A stretch of DNA of 55,938 nucleotides, the filler included, from Platydemus manokwari (Eukaryota): assembly GCA_037951405.1 (NCBI GenBank). It is 5 parts of 5 records of this genome, joined end to end, with 100 filler letters (N's around TTAATTAATTAA, not from the genome) between each part and the next. Parts side by side here need not be neighbours in the genome. Positions count along the whole stretch, not along the records: positions 1 to 9,302 come from JBBMOY011269207.1; positions 9,403 to 19,987 come from JBBMOY011121774.1; 3 more parts are not named here. One strand, given 5' to 3'. Positions 1-13,647 of the stretch are shown here, piece by piece. The notes beneath the pieces were generated by a model that worked only from the letters and a program-made list of their open reading frames with translations, was not told the origin of the DNA and made no database searches. The stretch's first letter is position 1; each line of letters opens with the position of its first letter. Both the position numbers and the translations under genes were made by a program.

Positions 1-485
1 TTTAATATTACTTGTGGATAACAATTTCAAATTTATAGAGTCAGTTTATTATTTATTTCCAGATTAATTTCCATTTGAAATTCCATTTTGCAATTTTTTA
101 TTGATTAATATGATGTTTATTTTATAATCATTCCGATATTTAATTTTATATCGATATTATTATTTATTTGGCTTTACCAAATAATAATGGCTGTACCCCA
201 TTGTATTTTAATTTGCTATTGATTATGCCAAATGATTTCATGTTTTTAATATTATTGCATATAATATAATATTAAAATATACAATCTAGTTTACCTTTAA
301 TGAATATCATAGATGAAATTAATCATAAATGAAACTTTTCTTGATAAAAATTAAGTGCTAATTTAAATTTTTGAATAATCTTTATCATCAAATTATAATA
401 ATAATTTTCATTTAATATTAGTCATTATCATATCTTACAATAACGAACATAAATAGAAAAGATCTTTATTTCATATTAATTATAG

Positions 486-3400
486 TGAGAACAACATAGA
501 AAGCAGCACTCTACCAAGATATACTAAAAGGACATCCGAATCTGTTCAGGTTCATTATTTGGTTCAGGATGTTAGTATTTGGTCAGGAGATCCTGACATG
601 GAAGTTGGTGAAACCTTTGAAGCCGATAAAGAATTAGAGAGTTTTCCAAACCATGTTTAATTTTTGTATTTTCCTAAAAATATCAATGATTTTTGTTTGA
701 TAGTTAAGTAAAGATCAAGACAAGGCGGCATATACACGATTGCTCGTCTTAATGGAATTTCATCATAAAACAAGGTTTACTGTCATGACGCTCAAGCGTT
801 TTGAGTATTTACTGATCAAACCCTGGCCAAGTGATGATACATTTTTGTTTAAGACTCTTAGTCTTGATTGTATAATACCTCTGTATGAATTGATAAGTAA
901 GATTGTAGAACATTTAATGTATTTATTGAAAATTATTTTCAAAGAAAGTCTTGCCGGTATTATCGAGTCTTGTCGGGACAAATCATCTTTTACCTCGGAT
1001 ACAGCACAAAATGTTTTAGATTGGGTTTGGATTTTTCTTTTTGCTTCAGAAATGATTTATTCATATTAGTTGGTTAATGACAAAGAAGCTAATTTACAAC
1101 AGTGGTTGAAATATAGTATAGATCTATGTTGTACCAATTCTCTTATTCTGGTTAAAAACACTTGGAAGGATATACGAAAATCAGATCAAAGATTTGCCAA
1201 TGTATTAAGCACACGTTTTAATAAAATGATCATGGTCGAACAATTATCGAATATGAGACCCTTATTATTCAATTTTCCGCTGATAGTCCAGAAATTGGTG
1301 AGAGATTTGAGTAAATTTTCCAAGTTTAAAGGTAATGAATATGAATTTCACTTGTCCACTGGAATTATGAAATCATTTCAATTTTAGAAGAGATAAAAAT
1401 ATGGCGAGAGATCCATGAGAAATTCAAACGATTACCGACATTTATTGATGAGCACTGTATGCCTTTAGTTCAACTGATTAACAATGGAAGCATTATCAAC
1501 AGTTTGGACCGATCTGGATGGATAGGAAAATTATCTCAGTGTGATCCAAATTATGTATGTGATATTTTAATATGAAATATATTTCGTGATATTATAAAAA
1601 TGTCATAAAAATAGAATTATATCATTGATTTCCCTAAAACGGCATTCCATTACAAATTATTCGATTTTCAAGAGATTAAGATATCTAACTTCCGAGAAAG
1701 TGGAAAGAAGGTTTAAATCATTTTCAGTATTTATTTATTTATTTAATATCCGAATTTTAAAGACATCGGCTGTATTTGTGAAAGAAGCATGTGATGCTTA
1801 TGCAATTTTATATGAAAATATTTTGGTCTTGTTGCAAAAAGAAAATGATAAATACCTCTTAAAACAATTTAAAGGCACTGATGCTGCTAAATTGACTCCT
1901 GTTTTAATAGTGGATAACGTTCACACTTCAAAAGGAGAAAAGAAAGGTGATTTTAATTTGATATCTGATATTAAAATGATGATATTAATTCATATTTGTA
2001 ATAATCGTCTGTATTAGACACTGTTTTAGGTCCACAATTTTGTAATTATTTTGATTGGTTAATATTCTAATAATTTATTTAATCAAACACGTACTTTATA
2101 AAAAATATTGATTTATTAGCAGAATGTTCTACCATAATTTGACTAATTTTAGAATGATTTACTAGGGACTTCTCTTATAGAATTGTAGATGATGTAAAAT
2201 GCATCCCTAATACACTTTCAAATCATATATGAGCAAACTTTTCATATTATATTGTGTTCATTTTGTATTCAGGTATGTGGTATGAACTCAACTTGGTGTT
2301 TATTAACGTAGCTGTGTTGACCCAAGTATTATTTCATAAAGAGGATACGATGGAAAGGTTTACTATTTCTTAATTGATTCTAAATAATTTGATCTTTATG
2401 GTGGTCTATTATAGGTGGGATGAGTTTCTTCGTCAAAAAAAGATTAAAAACATGAAAAAGACTGAAAGCTTTAATAATAATCACGATGATATGCATTTAA
2501 AAGACATTGATTCTATTAACATCGAATCTTTACCCAAAGATGATTCTGTAAATATAAATAATCAACATTATAATAAATCAGAGGACGAGTGTGAAAATGA
2601 AATGGAGAAATATAAGTACTCATTCGATGATGAATTTGGCGAGCTCTGGATAAAATTCGACAATATGAAAGGTATGATTTAGAAATTGTAAATCTATTTT
2701 CAAATCTTGGAAATTTTTTAGAGTCCACCGAGGAATTTTTGTCCTGTTGGAATATGATGAAAGCTGAACGAAATATTGAGGTATGTTCAATATAAACATT
2801 ATAAAGTTTATTAAACTGAATTAGCTGATTTTTTTTAATGAATTTTTAACAATTATAATATTGTATGTACAAAATTTATAATATACAGAAATATTTAAAG
2901 TGTACTATTCTGGTAGTAAATGGTTAAACAGCATTTATTCACCGACCTTTTATCGGTCATATTATTATATAAAATAGTAACATAGTTTTACTGAGTTGGT
3001 GGAGTGGAGCCATAAAATTCAGATGGAATTTGAAATATTTCTTATCATCATATGAAGGAAATTTAGATGATTTGTATTTAATCAGATTATGAATGACCAT
3101 TAGTTTTATTCTATAGTAATAATTCTATAATCATTGATATTCTCTAACTGTATCCGTTTTATAGTGTTTAACATTTTTATTATGATATTTGAAATTGAAA
3201 ATTTATTCAAGATGACATTTTTAATGATCAATGCGAAACAGTCCTCCTAAAATATGTTTGCCACATTAAATTTGTAACTTATGTGTCACGCAATCAATGT
3301 ATAGAGTAGATTTGTGTTATTGTGTTCAATTCAATTGCACATTATGAGATTATTGCAACCATATATTTTTGTGTATGTATGAGATTTACTACAGATTGAA

Positions 3401-6400
3401 TCTTGAACATTCAGATGCTTCGTTGAGAATGATGAAGAGATTAAAATAATGTTAAGTGTATGTGTGTGAATAAACGTAAGATTTGTTCTATAAGTTTACA
3501 GTGAATAAGTGCATGATTAAATTGAGAAATGCTCAAATATATATTTGTAATATCGATTGAATAATGTGAATAATCATCCAATTGGTATGTATCGAATGAT
3601 ATTTGTGATTTGTGATTGTATTATTATTATTAAACTGGAAGTGAAAGGATTTTATTTTCAAATTAAAATTATTTTTGACAAACATAATAAGTTTTATTCA
3701 TAACAATGTTATTCAACTATTATCCATTGTTAGTACTTTTCACTTGTTTTAATTTTATTACAATTGGTTTCATTGGTATTTTTGAGTTATTTTTAAAGAG
3801 AAGGAAATTGGAAAACAAATCACTTTGAGTATAAATTTTAAAAAATTTCTTATATTTTAACTAGATGAGAGTTATGAATTTAAAATCACTTTTTATCATT
3901 GAATTGTATTGTGCATTCAAATCAACGAGAAAGTTAATGTATAATCAAAATTTTATAAATATATGGTATTTATGTGTTATAAAATTTATTTACTTACATA
4001 TTTGTGTCATACGGAAGTGTGTGCCCATCAGTGTGCTATATTTTAGAAAACGTTTATGTATGAATTGATTTTCAGATGAGAATGAAATCTATAAAATGAA
4101 TAATGTTATTCGAAATTCGATACTATGTACATTAGAGCAACTTATATATAAAATAATGACTGAAAAATGTTAAACTATTTTTCAATAGATAGAAAATATA
4201 TTGTTATCATTTAAATAAATGTAATCTTGATGATGATCTTATTAATATTAATTATTATTTTTATTTATTTCTCCATTAGCCAATATGTCGATGTACTGCT
4301 CTATTCAACTTAAATTTACTTAGGCAATTTTGAATTTCAAAGTTGTACACTTAGTGGTTGGAATCTGTAAAAGCAGTATGCATTTTAATCAACATATTAT
4401 CATTTCGATAATAACAACAGTTGCAGTAATTAGTTAGATTAGATGAAGAAGAAAACCATTTATTTGTGAGTGTCAGTTTAAAACCATATGAAAGTTGTAG
4501 AAAAAAATTAAAATTTTAATATTAATTTTCATTTCAAATTTCGAAAAATACATTTGCTATTTATTTTGAAATAAATCTATATAACTGAAAAAAATTATAT
4601 AAATTTGATTATATATTTGTTTATATTAAACCAAATTTGACATCATTTTATATAATTTCATGAAATATATTATCAATCGAAAAGAAATACCAAATTTACT
4701 CTAATAAGTTACTCAAATACATTAATTGCCCTCTTAATACTAAAATTTGTTTCGATATTTGTAGACATTACAATTTTTTGGAAAGATAAATATTTAATAT
4801 CAGAATGAGTATATAAAAGAATTTTCTGTTCGGGTTTTTTTTTACTAATCAATATTTTAATGGATTCTAATTGCAAAGGATATTTTATATGGCTTATTTT
4901 ATTGATCCAATATGCAATTCTTAACACCTAGTTCGCAACAATTTAAATTTCGACATTATTTTAATCAATATTGAGCGTGCTTTATTATGACTTTAATTTA
5001 ATCAGTAATTGATTAATCGAAAATTAGCATTTTAACGATGAAAATTAACTATTTAAAAACCTGAAAATTTGACCCCGTGGATGTAGTTAAACAATTTTGA
5101 ACACGTGAATATTTTAATTTCTCCTAAATTATAAAAATAAACATTCATCTAATTTTATTAATGATTGTTTTTAATATATATTGACGAGAGAACACAGTGC
5201 TGATAATATAATCATAAGTTTATAATTTGTTGATATATTTAAACATTGTACGAAATTCATATTTCAATAACATGTGGTATGCAATGATATAGATTTACAT
5301 TCATTTGATAAATAGTTCAGTTATTTTCGAAATGCCATCATTTGAACCAGCATTTACGAAAGTAAAATCATATTATGGTTAAACAGCAAAAGCAGTTATG
5401 AATTAATAAATACATAAATCAAGTAAATTATTTTATCCGCTGATATAATCTAAATTCAGACATTTTTTATATCTATCAAATGGGAGACAATATTTTGGTT
5501 CTTATTCATTTCAAATTTAAAAGATCTGCATTTAGGATATCTAAAAATAATTACTTGAATTATAACAAATTTCTGTTGAAGTTTTTTGAAAAATTTTCTA
5601 ATTTTCAATTTGATGGAGATTTTGTTGGACACTTAAAATGAAAACCGTTCGAGCATGGAATATGAAGATTCGTGATGTTTAAGTAAATTATGCGTTATGA
5701 TCAAATTAATTTATTAATAGCAACCAGAAAAGCAAAATTAGTATTGAAAGAAAATCTAAACATTTAAAATGGTGATATAAGGATAAGTTTCGATGTTTAT
5801 AAATTGCATTGGAAATATGTTTTCCTTAAAATAAATTTAATATAGTTATATATGTCAATTTTGGAGATTCTATACATTTTTATATCACGTAACTTTATTA
5901 GATACTTGTGATATATACATATCATTAAAGAATCAAAATTAGTAGTTGTTTTAATTCTCTATTAATACGATATATTTATTGTGACCTTTGTCATTCAATT
6001 TTAAAAGACGATAAAGTTGTTAAATATTTTCCAGCTTTTATCGTGGATACAAGTGTAAATATTTCAATGCTATTTTGAAATTGTAAATTCATTGCGATTT
6101 AATCGACAATATATTTTATTTAGAACAATTTATTTATCAATCCCAATGATTCAAATGAGCTTCTAATTGGAACTACTTACGATATTGGCAATCTATTGAA
6201 AATATGCAATGATAATACAAGAATCGAAACTTTTAATAAATCGTTCAATATCAACTATTTAAAAGATGAAATATTGGACCAGTTACTTTCAAATTTATCA
6301 GTTATGCAAAATCGGCTTACTAATTACAAAAACGTACAACTTACTTTTGTTCATATTTTATTGTTGATTATTGATTCAGAGTCGAGATAAAGATACTCTG

Positions 6401-8565
6401 AGTATTAATGACATTGATTATGTAATCTCAGATAATATTGGTAACCTTACATTAGATTTTTCAATGTTTTATTTACCACATTTGGCTTTATAGAACCCAT
6501 TTATCTATCGATTGTCGATAGATTCGAAGACTCACCAGTTCTTAATGAATCTGAAGAGATAGGTATGTATGATAAACAGTATTTTTAAAAACTCATTAAT
6601 GTAAAAGATTTTTTATTTTATTAAGAGAGTAAAATATGGAATTATAATGAATTATATTTATAGTGAACTTTATATTAAATAATTCCTGCATACAAAAATT
6701 TAACTATTTACTTACCTTTAATTTATGCTAATTTAAATTACTTAAAAGAATCATAGGGTATCGTTATTTTTTATTCAATATTTTATATTTTTATATGTAC
6801 ATTCATTATTTTAAACCTATCACGGTTTAAAAACAGTAAAAGACAATTTTTAACACGGCTTTTTAATCTTGTCTATTATATACTGTTTATAGTTAAATCA
6901 TAATTTCTGATGTGGTCCTCTAAAATTGAAACAGATGAAAATAATAATTAACTAGCTTTGGTGGAATTAACATTTTATATTAAATTTTTTTATTTAAATC
7001 CAATTTAATAAAACAACTATTTCATTATTGATATTAAAGCTGTGGATGATGATATTCAAAGATGATATCTAAATATCTTTTCATATACAAATAAGTGAAA
7101 TTCATTTTTGTGCACATCTTGTTGACCAACAATTTGTACTATATTTAAAAAATAATAAATTGCTTGTCTATTATCAATATTTTTGAACATTTAATCACAA
7201 TAAAAGTTGAAATGAAAAAATTAATTCTGTCTGTTTATTTGGATTCAGATTTCAATTGAGATTGTTAATTTATGAATAAACAGTGCGCGCGAGTTTATTT
7301 AAACAAATTATTATGAAAAACATTGAAAATAAATTAACTAAATTCAACGATTAATTGGTTTATAATTTCTGTAATTATATCGATTGCGTACTTAGCTAGA
7401 ATGGTTTGTAGAAAATATCATTTCACATTCATCTAAAAATGGAAGTTATTTAATGTATGCCTAATTTAGAGCATGAAGAATAACTTTTTGTGATTTATTC
7501 TGTCTTCGGTGAATGTCAACACGATGTTCGTCTATTTTGTAAAGTTTAATAGTAATTATTTGGTAAATGTAAATGTGCAAAGTTGAACATGTCATTATAC
7601 ATGGCACAGATATGAATATGGAATATAGGTGATATATAATTATCACCTATAATGAAATTAAAGTATCAAATACCAAAACATTTCATTAAAAATATTGACA
7701 AGCATGAAACTGACAAAATGAATTAAAGTTTTCTATTTTGTATTTTATAAATTGTGATGGAAGGAAATTATCTTATATACTTTACATCACTTTTATATTA
7801 TTTAATATCTATAAAAGTCTTCAAATATTTGACGTTATATTTTTCTATTATCATCATATTTAGAAGCGTTAGTCTTTAATCTTGAACAATATTAAACTCT
7901 GCCTAGATGGGGTAAAAAATCATCATTACCATTGTAATATATTGATTATTCATCGTGTTGTAATTTTATTATAATCTGATTTCTGATATTTAATTTAAGA
8001 AAAAATAGTTACAAAACTCAATAATGATATGACTAACATTTCAATTGTAGTGGTGGGCAAAACATTGGATACGTAATGAAAGGTAAACATGTCAAGTCAC
8101 TATTTTTATTCTATGTGCATTTAATTTTACTTGATTTTGTGAGTTGATTTTTCATACAATGTTTTTCTTAGTCTCATTTAGTTTATGTATTAGTCAAACA
8201 GCTCATGTATATTGCACTGGTGTTTTAGATGAATTTTTGATTTATTATATTAGATGAAATTCCTTTTCAAATAATGGACAATCCTGTTCCTGCATCAACA
8301 GATATTGACATTCAAGAAACAGGTACAACAAATGATAGTTTGGACATTTTTAATACGCTGTATAGATGATCCTAATTACCAACCAGAATGTAGTTCTAGT
8401 GACGATTTAGCATCATTTGTGGATGGATATGTAAATAAAATCATTGCAGATGCTCAACGAGAAATCAGCCAACTCAGCGACAGTGATAGTAGTTCTATTA
8501 ATCATTTAAATAGTTGCCAACAAGATAGTTCATGTGTTGATCAAATATCCGAGCCTTCTGCTTGA
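486..8565 (+). CDS. DH-PH Rho guanine nucleotide exchange factor-like protein (ARHGEF1/11/12-like), 5'-partial, divergent DH domain
   Basis: Phase-consistent GT-AG exon chain: 486-654, 704-1024, 1070-1331, 1388-1554, 1615-1710, 1763-1946, 2273-2357, 2415-2671, 2722-2780, 6124-6333, 6380-6440, 6494-6562, 8254-8322, 8366-8565 (TGA). AYAILYENILVLLQKENDKYLLKQF...KLTPVL resembles the PH-domain segment (LLLEDILVLLQKQD..LVL...SPVI) of LARG/PDZ-RhoGEF/p115. RLLVLMEFHHKTRFTVMTLKRF and FNFPLIVQKL align with DH regions CR1 and CR3. Joining the last five low-complexity exons is less certain. Confidence 0.75.
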
Positions 8566-9302
8566 TAATATTATTTCACTGTATTTTTGTACACTCCTTT
8601 ATTGTTTAAATTATTAGTGAATAAATATAATTATTATTATGTATACATCAGATAATTTTTTTCGGAGCTTGATTTTTATTATTTCACATAAAAGGATTGT
8701 TTGATATAAAATTGATTTATGCGCGCATTGTTCAATTATTTTTGCTCTGACTCTAAGTGTGCTGTTTTTTATATAAACTGCTTTTTTTGAATATTTTGTT
8801 TTCATTAATTATTTGATTAATAAAATGCGATTTAATTATACAAAATTCTATCTACCAACATGTTTTGATATCGTATGACGAACAATATCAACTGTATATC
8901 GACAATTCATATCGTTATTTATATTCGTTTCGATTAATAAAAAAATATTTAGAATATTAAAGCATGGACCATTTTATAATTTTATACAACATTTTGTTTG
9001 TGTTCTGTGTACGGATGATCACAAAAATAGAAGTGATTGAATAGTTAAAATATGATGTGTATTATCTAATCGAAATTAAGGATCAGTAATAAATTTTATA
9101 AATATCAGTAAATTATATACATATTTTATGTTTAAGTATTAATAATAGTAATTTCATGACATTTGTTCGTAAATGTTAAAATAAATAAAATTTGAACAAA
9201 GAGTCTTGATAATTATTATAATATTTTATCAAGACGCATTCGTAAATTTACAAATATTTATACATATGTTGAGAATTTTAAAATTTATATTGTAAAATGA
9301 TT

Positions 9303-9402
9303 NNNNNNNNNNNNNNNNNNNNNNNNNNNNNNNNNNNNNNNNNNNNTTAATTAATTAANNNNNNNNNNNNNNNNNNNNNNNNNNNNNNNNNNNNNNNNNN
9401 NN
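9303..9402. other. Artificial contig-joining spacer (44 N + TTAATTAATTAA + 44 N)
   Basis: Exactly 100 bp with a central 12-mer that gives stops in all six frames. The same spacer occurs four times in the window. Confidence 0.97.
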
Positions 9403-10814
9403 TATTTTCTTATGAGTTATGCTTCTTCAAATATGTGCATGAAAATCGGACATTTCATATGGGACAACCTAATATTATTTTCTTTTAAATGTCGCTTTCA
9501 ACTTCAAATTTTTGTGATTGGTGATCGTTTATAGTCAAATTTTATAGTGGGTGACTTTGTGTACTTTTTGAAATTGTAATAATGATTTTTTCATGCATCA
9601 AAATCCTCGCTCCATCTTCTCACCTTATTTTTCTTTAATTCTTCCTAACATTTCTTTAGACTGGATCATTGTTGCCATGCGTTATGAGCTTTCACCCTAT
9701 TTCACATTTTCTGTAAAGATGTACCATTTGTCTCTGACTCTATCTCTTCATTTTTCTTTTTCTATTGTTAATGTGGGTTAAAGACATTTGCAAGACAGCC
9801 CTTATAGTTGTCGTTGTCATAGTTGTATTATTAATTTATTTTAGCTTTATTGACGTTAATGAGTTGAGTTGTTGCTGATTATTGATTTACAAATTAAATG
9901 TGACGTTTGGACCTCATTAATAATATGATTGTGATAGTGATATATGACGAGTGATTTATAACACAAAGATATAGAATTCAAAATCGAGATGCTGGTCACA
10001 GATATTTACGACTTTCATTACAATTATGGCTTAAATAAAGTTCATTGAAATGATAAGTCGTAAGAAAAAATAAAATTCGTTACTTTGAGCTTCGCAGAAA
10101 ATTGCCATAAATATGTTTAATTAATAGATTTTGCTGATAGGAAAGTAACATCTGGGTATAAACTACTGCGCTTCTGATAACAAATGCTGGCTTGTTTCGG
10201 CAAATAAGTAATGGCTTGAGTGGTTTCTTTTTTCTCTACTAGTGGTATCTAAATTTTATGAGCTTCTCACACTGACTGGTATAAAGCATTGGATTATTAT
10301 TTGTATTATTTGTATTAATTGTCGATTTTATTTAATGGAAATTATTTTCGCTTTATGGAATTTAATGAGGAATTTTTAATGAAGTAAAAAAATTATTATT
10401 GAGAAAATTATCCGATCGCTTCCTTATTTCATTTCTAATTTTAAGGGATTTTTGGATTTTTAATTTTTAATGATTTGATAATAGCATTCACTTTTTATGA
10501 AGATTGAAGAAAAACAGAAATTATTAAATATTTTTCAATAATTGTTTTAAATATTTTTCGAAGACATCAAATTCTTCTATTAAATATGGATAACGTTTCA
10601 GTAGCAGATAAAATTTCTACCTGTATGATATTTACAATTGTCTTTGTCAAATGTTAAAAATGCTGATGTTTGCCAATGGTTTGATGCTAGCACCAAACCC
10701 TATCAAAATACTGAACCTATCTTTGGTTTTGAACTGATCTGTTTCGATGATTATTTAGTTATAAATTTTATTTAATTTGGTATCGATATTTGTTATTTTC
10801 TAATATTATGTTAA

Positions 10815-10885
10815 CACACTGACGGACAGTAGGAACAAATGAAGTTCGAAATTAACCTTTATAGTCGAAAGTGCCCGTCAACGTG
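10815..10885. mobile_element. 71-bp TTAA-flanked MITE (piggyBac-like)
   Basis: TTAA at 10811-10814 and 10886-10889. Left end CACACTGACGGACA versus reverse complement of right end CACGTTGACGGGCA (11/14 match). Confidence 0.6.
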
Positions 10886-11565
10886 TTAAAAAGTAATATT
10901 ATGTAAAGTTTAGTAGCTATTTATTATTTGGATCAATACAGCTTTTTATTAAAATTTATTTGTTATCTTGTTGGTATTTTGAAGAAAAAGTCATTTTCCA
11001 ACATCCAAATGTTCTAAAAACTAATTTATGTGCATGGAATATTTATATTTATCCATCTTTGATATTGTAAAAAGTCAATTTTATGTATTGATTTATAAGT
11101 ACAACATTTTTATGATCTTTAATTTTATATTTTTCTTTCTGGCAAAGTTAATATGGTTAAAATAGAAATAATTAAAATAATAATTGTTATTGTAATGATT
11201 ACAATTCACCTAACAACAAATATTAACTCACATTCAACCTCGATAAATAGAATATACTTGACATTTATTTAACCCAACGACTAAAATACTCTATTCTTAA
11301 AAAAATATCTATAAAATAGAATAAAGAAATTGCCCATATTTTATCTGGCTCGGCAGCAAAATAACCCTTCAATAAAATATTAAAATTAAATTGAATAAGA
11401 TAAAAGCTTTTTGTTAATAATAAATGGCGAATTTTATTCAATATAAACCCATATAATGAGAATGATGACCCCGAATATATTAGGAAATTCCATTGCAATA
11501 AAATAATATACCAGCATTCAAATGGAAATTAGACGCAAACAAACAACCATACAAACAGATTGACA

Positions 11566-11848
11566 ATGGTTACCTCCATGAACTGTTCATTATCAAAGCC
11601 CGAGAATTTGAAGTCATTAAACCAGCCAAATTCCTCAAACATATTCGACAATTATATGCCCAGTGAAGAGCTGGAAGATCAATTTGATATTGATGTTGTT
11701 TTGAGAAGATTGTTCTATTCAACTCCGATAGGAAACCTATTTTTCGAGTAAATTCAATGAACAAATTGGTTTTACTCATCTTGGGAGTTTATTATTTATT
11801 AGCTTTTCCAGAAGTTGTGGCCAAAACACTTGTCGTTTAAGTGTATAA
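11566..11848 (+). CDS. Possible small hypothetical protein
   Basis: Open frame MVTSMNCSLSKPENLKSLNQPNSSNIFDNYMPSEELEDQFDIDVVLRRLFYSTPIGNLFF, with a plausible short GTAAAT..TTAG intron leading to DFSRSCGQNTCRLSV*. No recognisable family. Confidence 0.25.
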
Positions 11849-12514
11849 AAATATTCGAAAAAATTGTATTAAGTGCATAATTGTAATAATTTTGATATAA
11901 ATAAAAGTGTATTCGAAACAAAAAGTAGGTATGTGCCATGTGGCATCATTTCAATTGCAATAAAATCATCATATTCAGTATTAGTTCATTACCTTTTGGT
12001 AAGCTGCGATCGTGACAATTAGGGATTAGAAATTTAGTAAATAGATATAAAATCAATAAAGCAGTGTCTAGAACCATTTATCATGTCTTCATACGTGGAT
12101 TAGAGCTGATCGAGGCGAAAGGACATCATAAAATTAGGTTCATAATTACCCATGGGTCATTAGAATTCTAGAGCACTGATAAGACGCAGAGATTGCCAAA
12201 AAGATCTCATAAATAGTTCTAATTAGAAAAATCAAAATAACCTATAAATCAGCGATCTATTTATTCGTTCTAATGTTAATCCATATTTAGAACCTAAGAA
12301 TCGACAGGCACATACCTTCAAACGGCAGCATCATCAAATATCCGCCAATGGCACGAGAGATGTAGGGATAATTTCAAGTAAATCGATCCATGGATTCAAA
12401 TTTAGAGATTGGAAAACGAAGATCCATGACACCAAGCAGACACACACGATAGGTCTTTATTGGTCGGTAACTTCAGCGCTTAACTTATGTTTGATTTTAG
12501 TAATCAGTCTTTAA

Positions 12515-13452
12515 TTACATTTCATCCTGTTTTTGACTTTCAGGCTCTGATCCAGTTCTGAGTGATATTCTTTGTGAATTGTCATTGTTGAGACTTTGAG
12601 TGATCTTAATTGTTGATTGATAACTTAAGAACACTAAAAATATAAATATATGGCTACAGCATCTCAGTTACATAATTACAGTTGTATTTTAGATTGATGA
12701 AGGGTATTAGATCCTGAAGCCCAACAAATAATTAACAAAAATTAATGACTTTACCATTCCGAAGTAAATATTTAGGAACATCATCAGTGATGCCATATAA
12801 CATTATATGAGTTGAATTATATTGTAGAAAAACGACAAAGCGAAATATCTTATCTATATTCGTGTTGATTTAACAGCTATGAAAGTATACACCAACAATT
12901 CACTTTTTATAACGATATGATTTTTAGTTATCACCTATAAGGTGTCACCAAAGCGACAGGAAGTCTTTAGCAACATTGATTATATATCTAATACTCTTGT
13001 CTTGGAAAAAGGTTCATCAAATGTCAAATAAAACAAATGCAGATCTGGGAGAATACAATCATGATTATTTACAATTCTTGCCTTCAATTAATCATTGTGA
13101 ATCTTTATATTATTCTTTTGTTGTATACCACTTAATTGCAAATACATCAATTCAGAGGATTACTAATAACCATATTTAAAAAGCTGTCAGTTAATTATAA
13201 AACAATGAAATCAAATTGAAAATGTTATTTATTGATCAACTTGTGATCTCTGATACTCTATAGCAAAAATTAATATAAAAATTGACAAAATCTTCATACA
13301 TATATTTCAACACAAATGTTCATTAAAAATTATCATAATATATCTAATCCATCTAGATCGATATATTACCAGAAGGTTCACAACTTTCTGAGCTAATTAA
13401 ATTTTCCATCATTACCAGGTGTCAAAGTGACCACTGTGGAGGCATTGTTCTC
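12515..13452 (-). CDS. Three candidate spliced exons of an unknown protein (possible alternative 3' end of the OCIA gene)
   Basis: Exons 13452-13416, 12853-12755 and 12633-12515 have AG/GT boundaries and compatible phases. They read ENNASTVVTLTP-DKIFRFVVFLQYNSTHIMLYGITDDVPKYLLRN-VFLSYQSTIK...QKQDEM*. No homology recognised. Confidence 0.25.
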
Positions 13453-13647
13453 CTGTAAAGATATTATCAAAATAATATTTTATTTATCGTAATGATAAAT
13501 AAACAAGGGTTGCACCGCTTTAACATTCATTAAATTTAGTCATAACAAGTAGCAGTTAAAAACAAAAAATATTTATTTTCACCTGATAAGAAAAGAAATT
13601 GTTTTCTTCAATATTTCAAATAAAAAAATTTTACATAAATTGGAAAA

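Noticed and set aside
740-1387. Adjacent in-frame ORFs separated by one TAG, suggesting stop-codon readthrough or a variant genetic code
   Set aside because: The TAG is the acceptor of a 45-bp GT-AG intron (1025-1069). All gene models work with the standard code.
3865-4927. Short ORF-track calls inside the long RhoGEF intron (and similar 60-75 aa calls elsewhere)
   Set aside because: They have the Ile/Lys/Phe/Asn-rich composition typical of random AT-rich ORFs, many start at TTG or GTG, and they lack splice or homology support.
9347-9358. Recurrent TTAATTAATTAA as a biological repeat or CRISPR-like unit
   Set aside because: It is centred in identical N padding each time, so it is an assembly linker. 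Unpadded copies near 35413 and 36208 are expected by chance in such AT-rich DNA.
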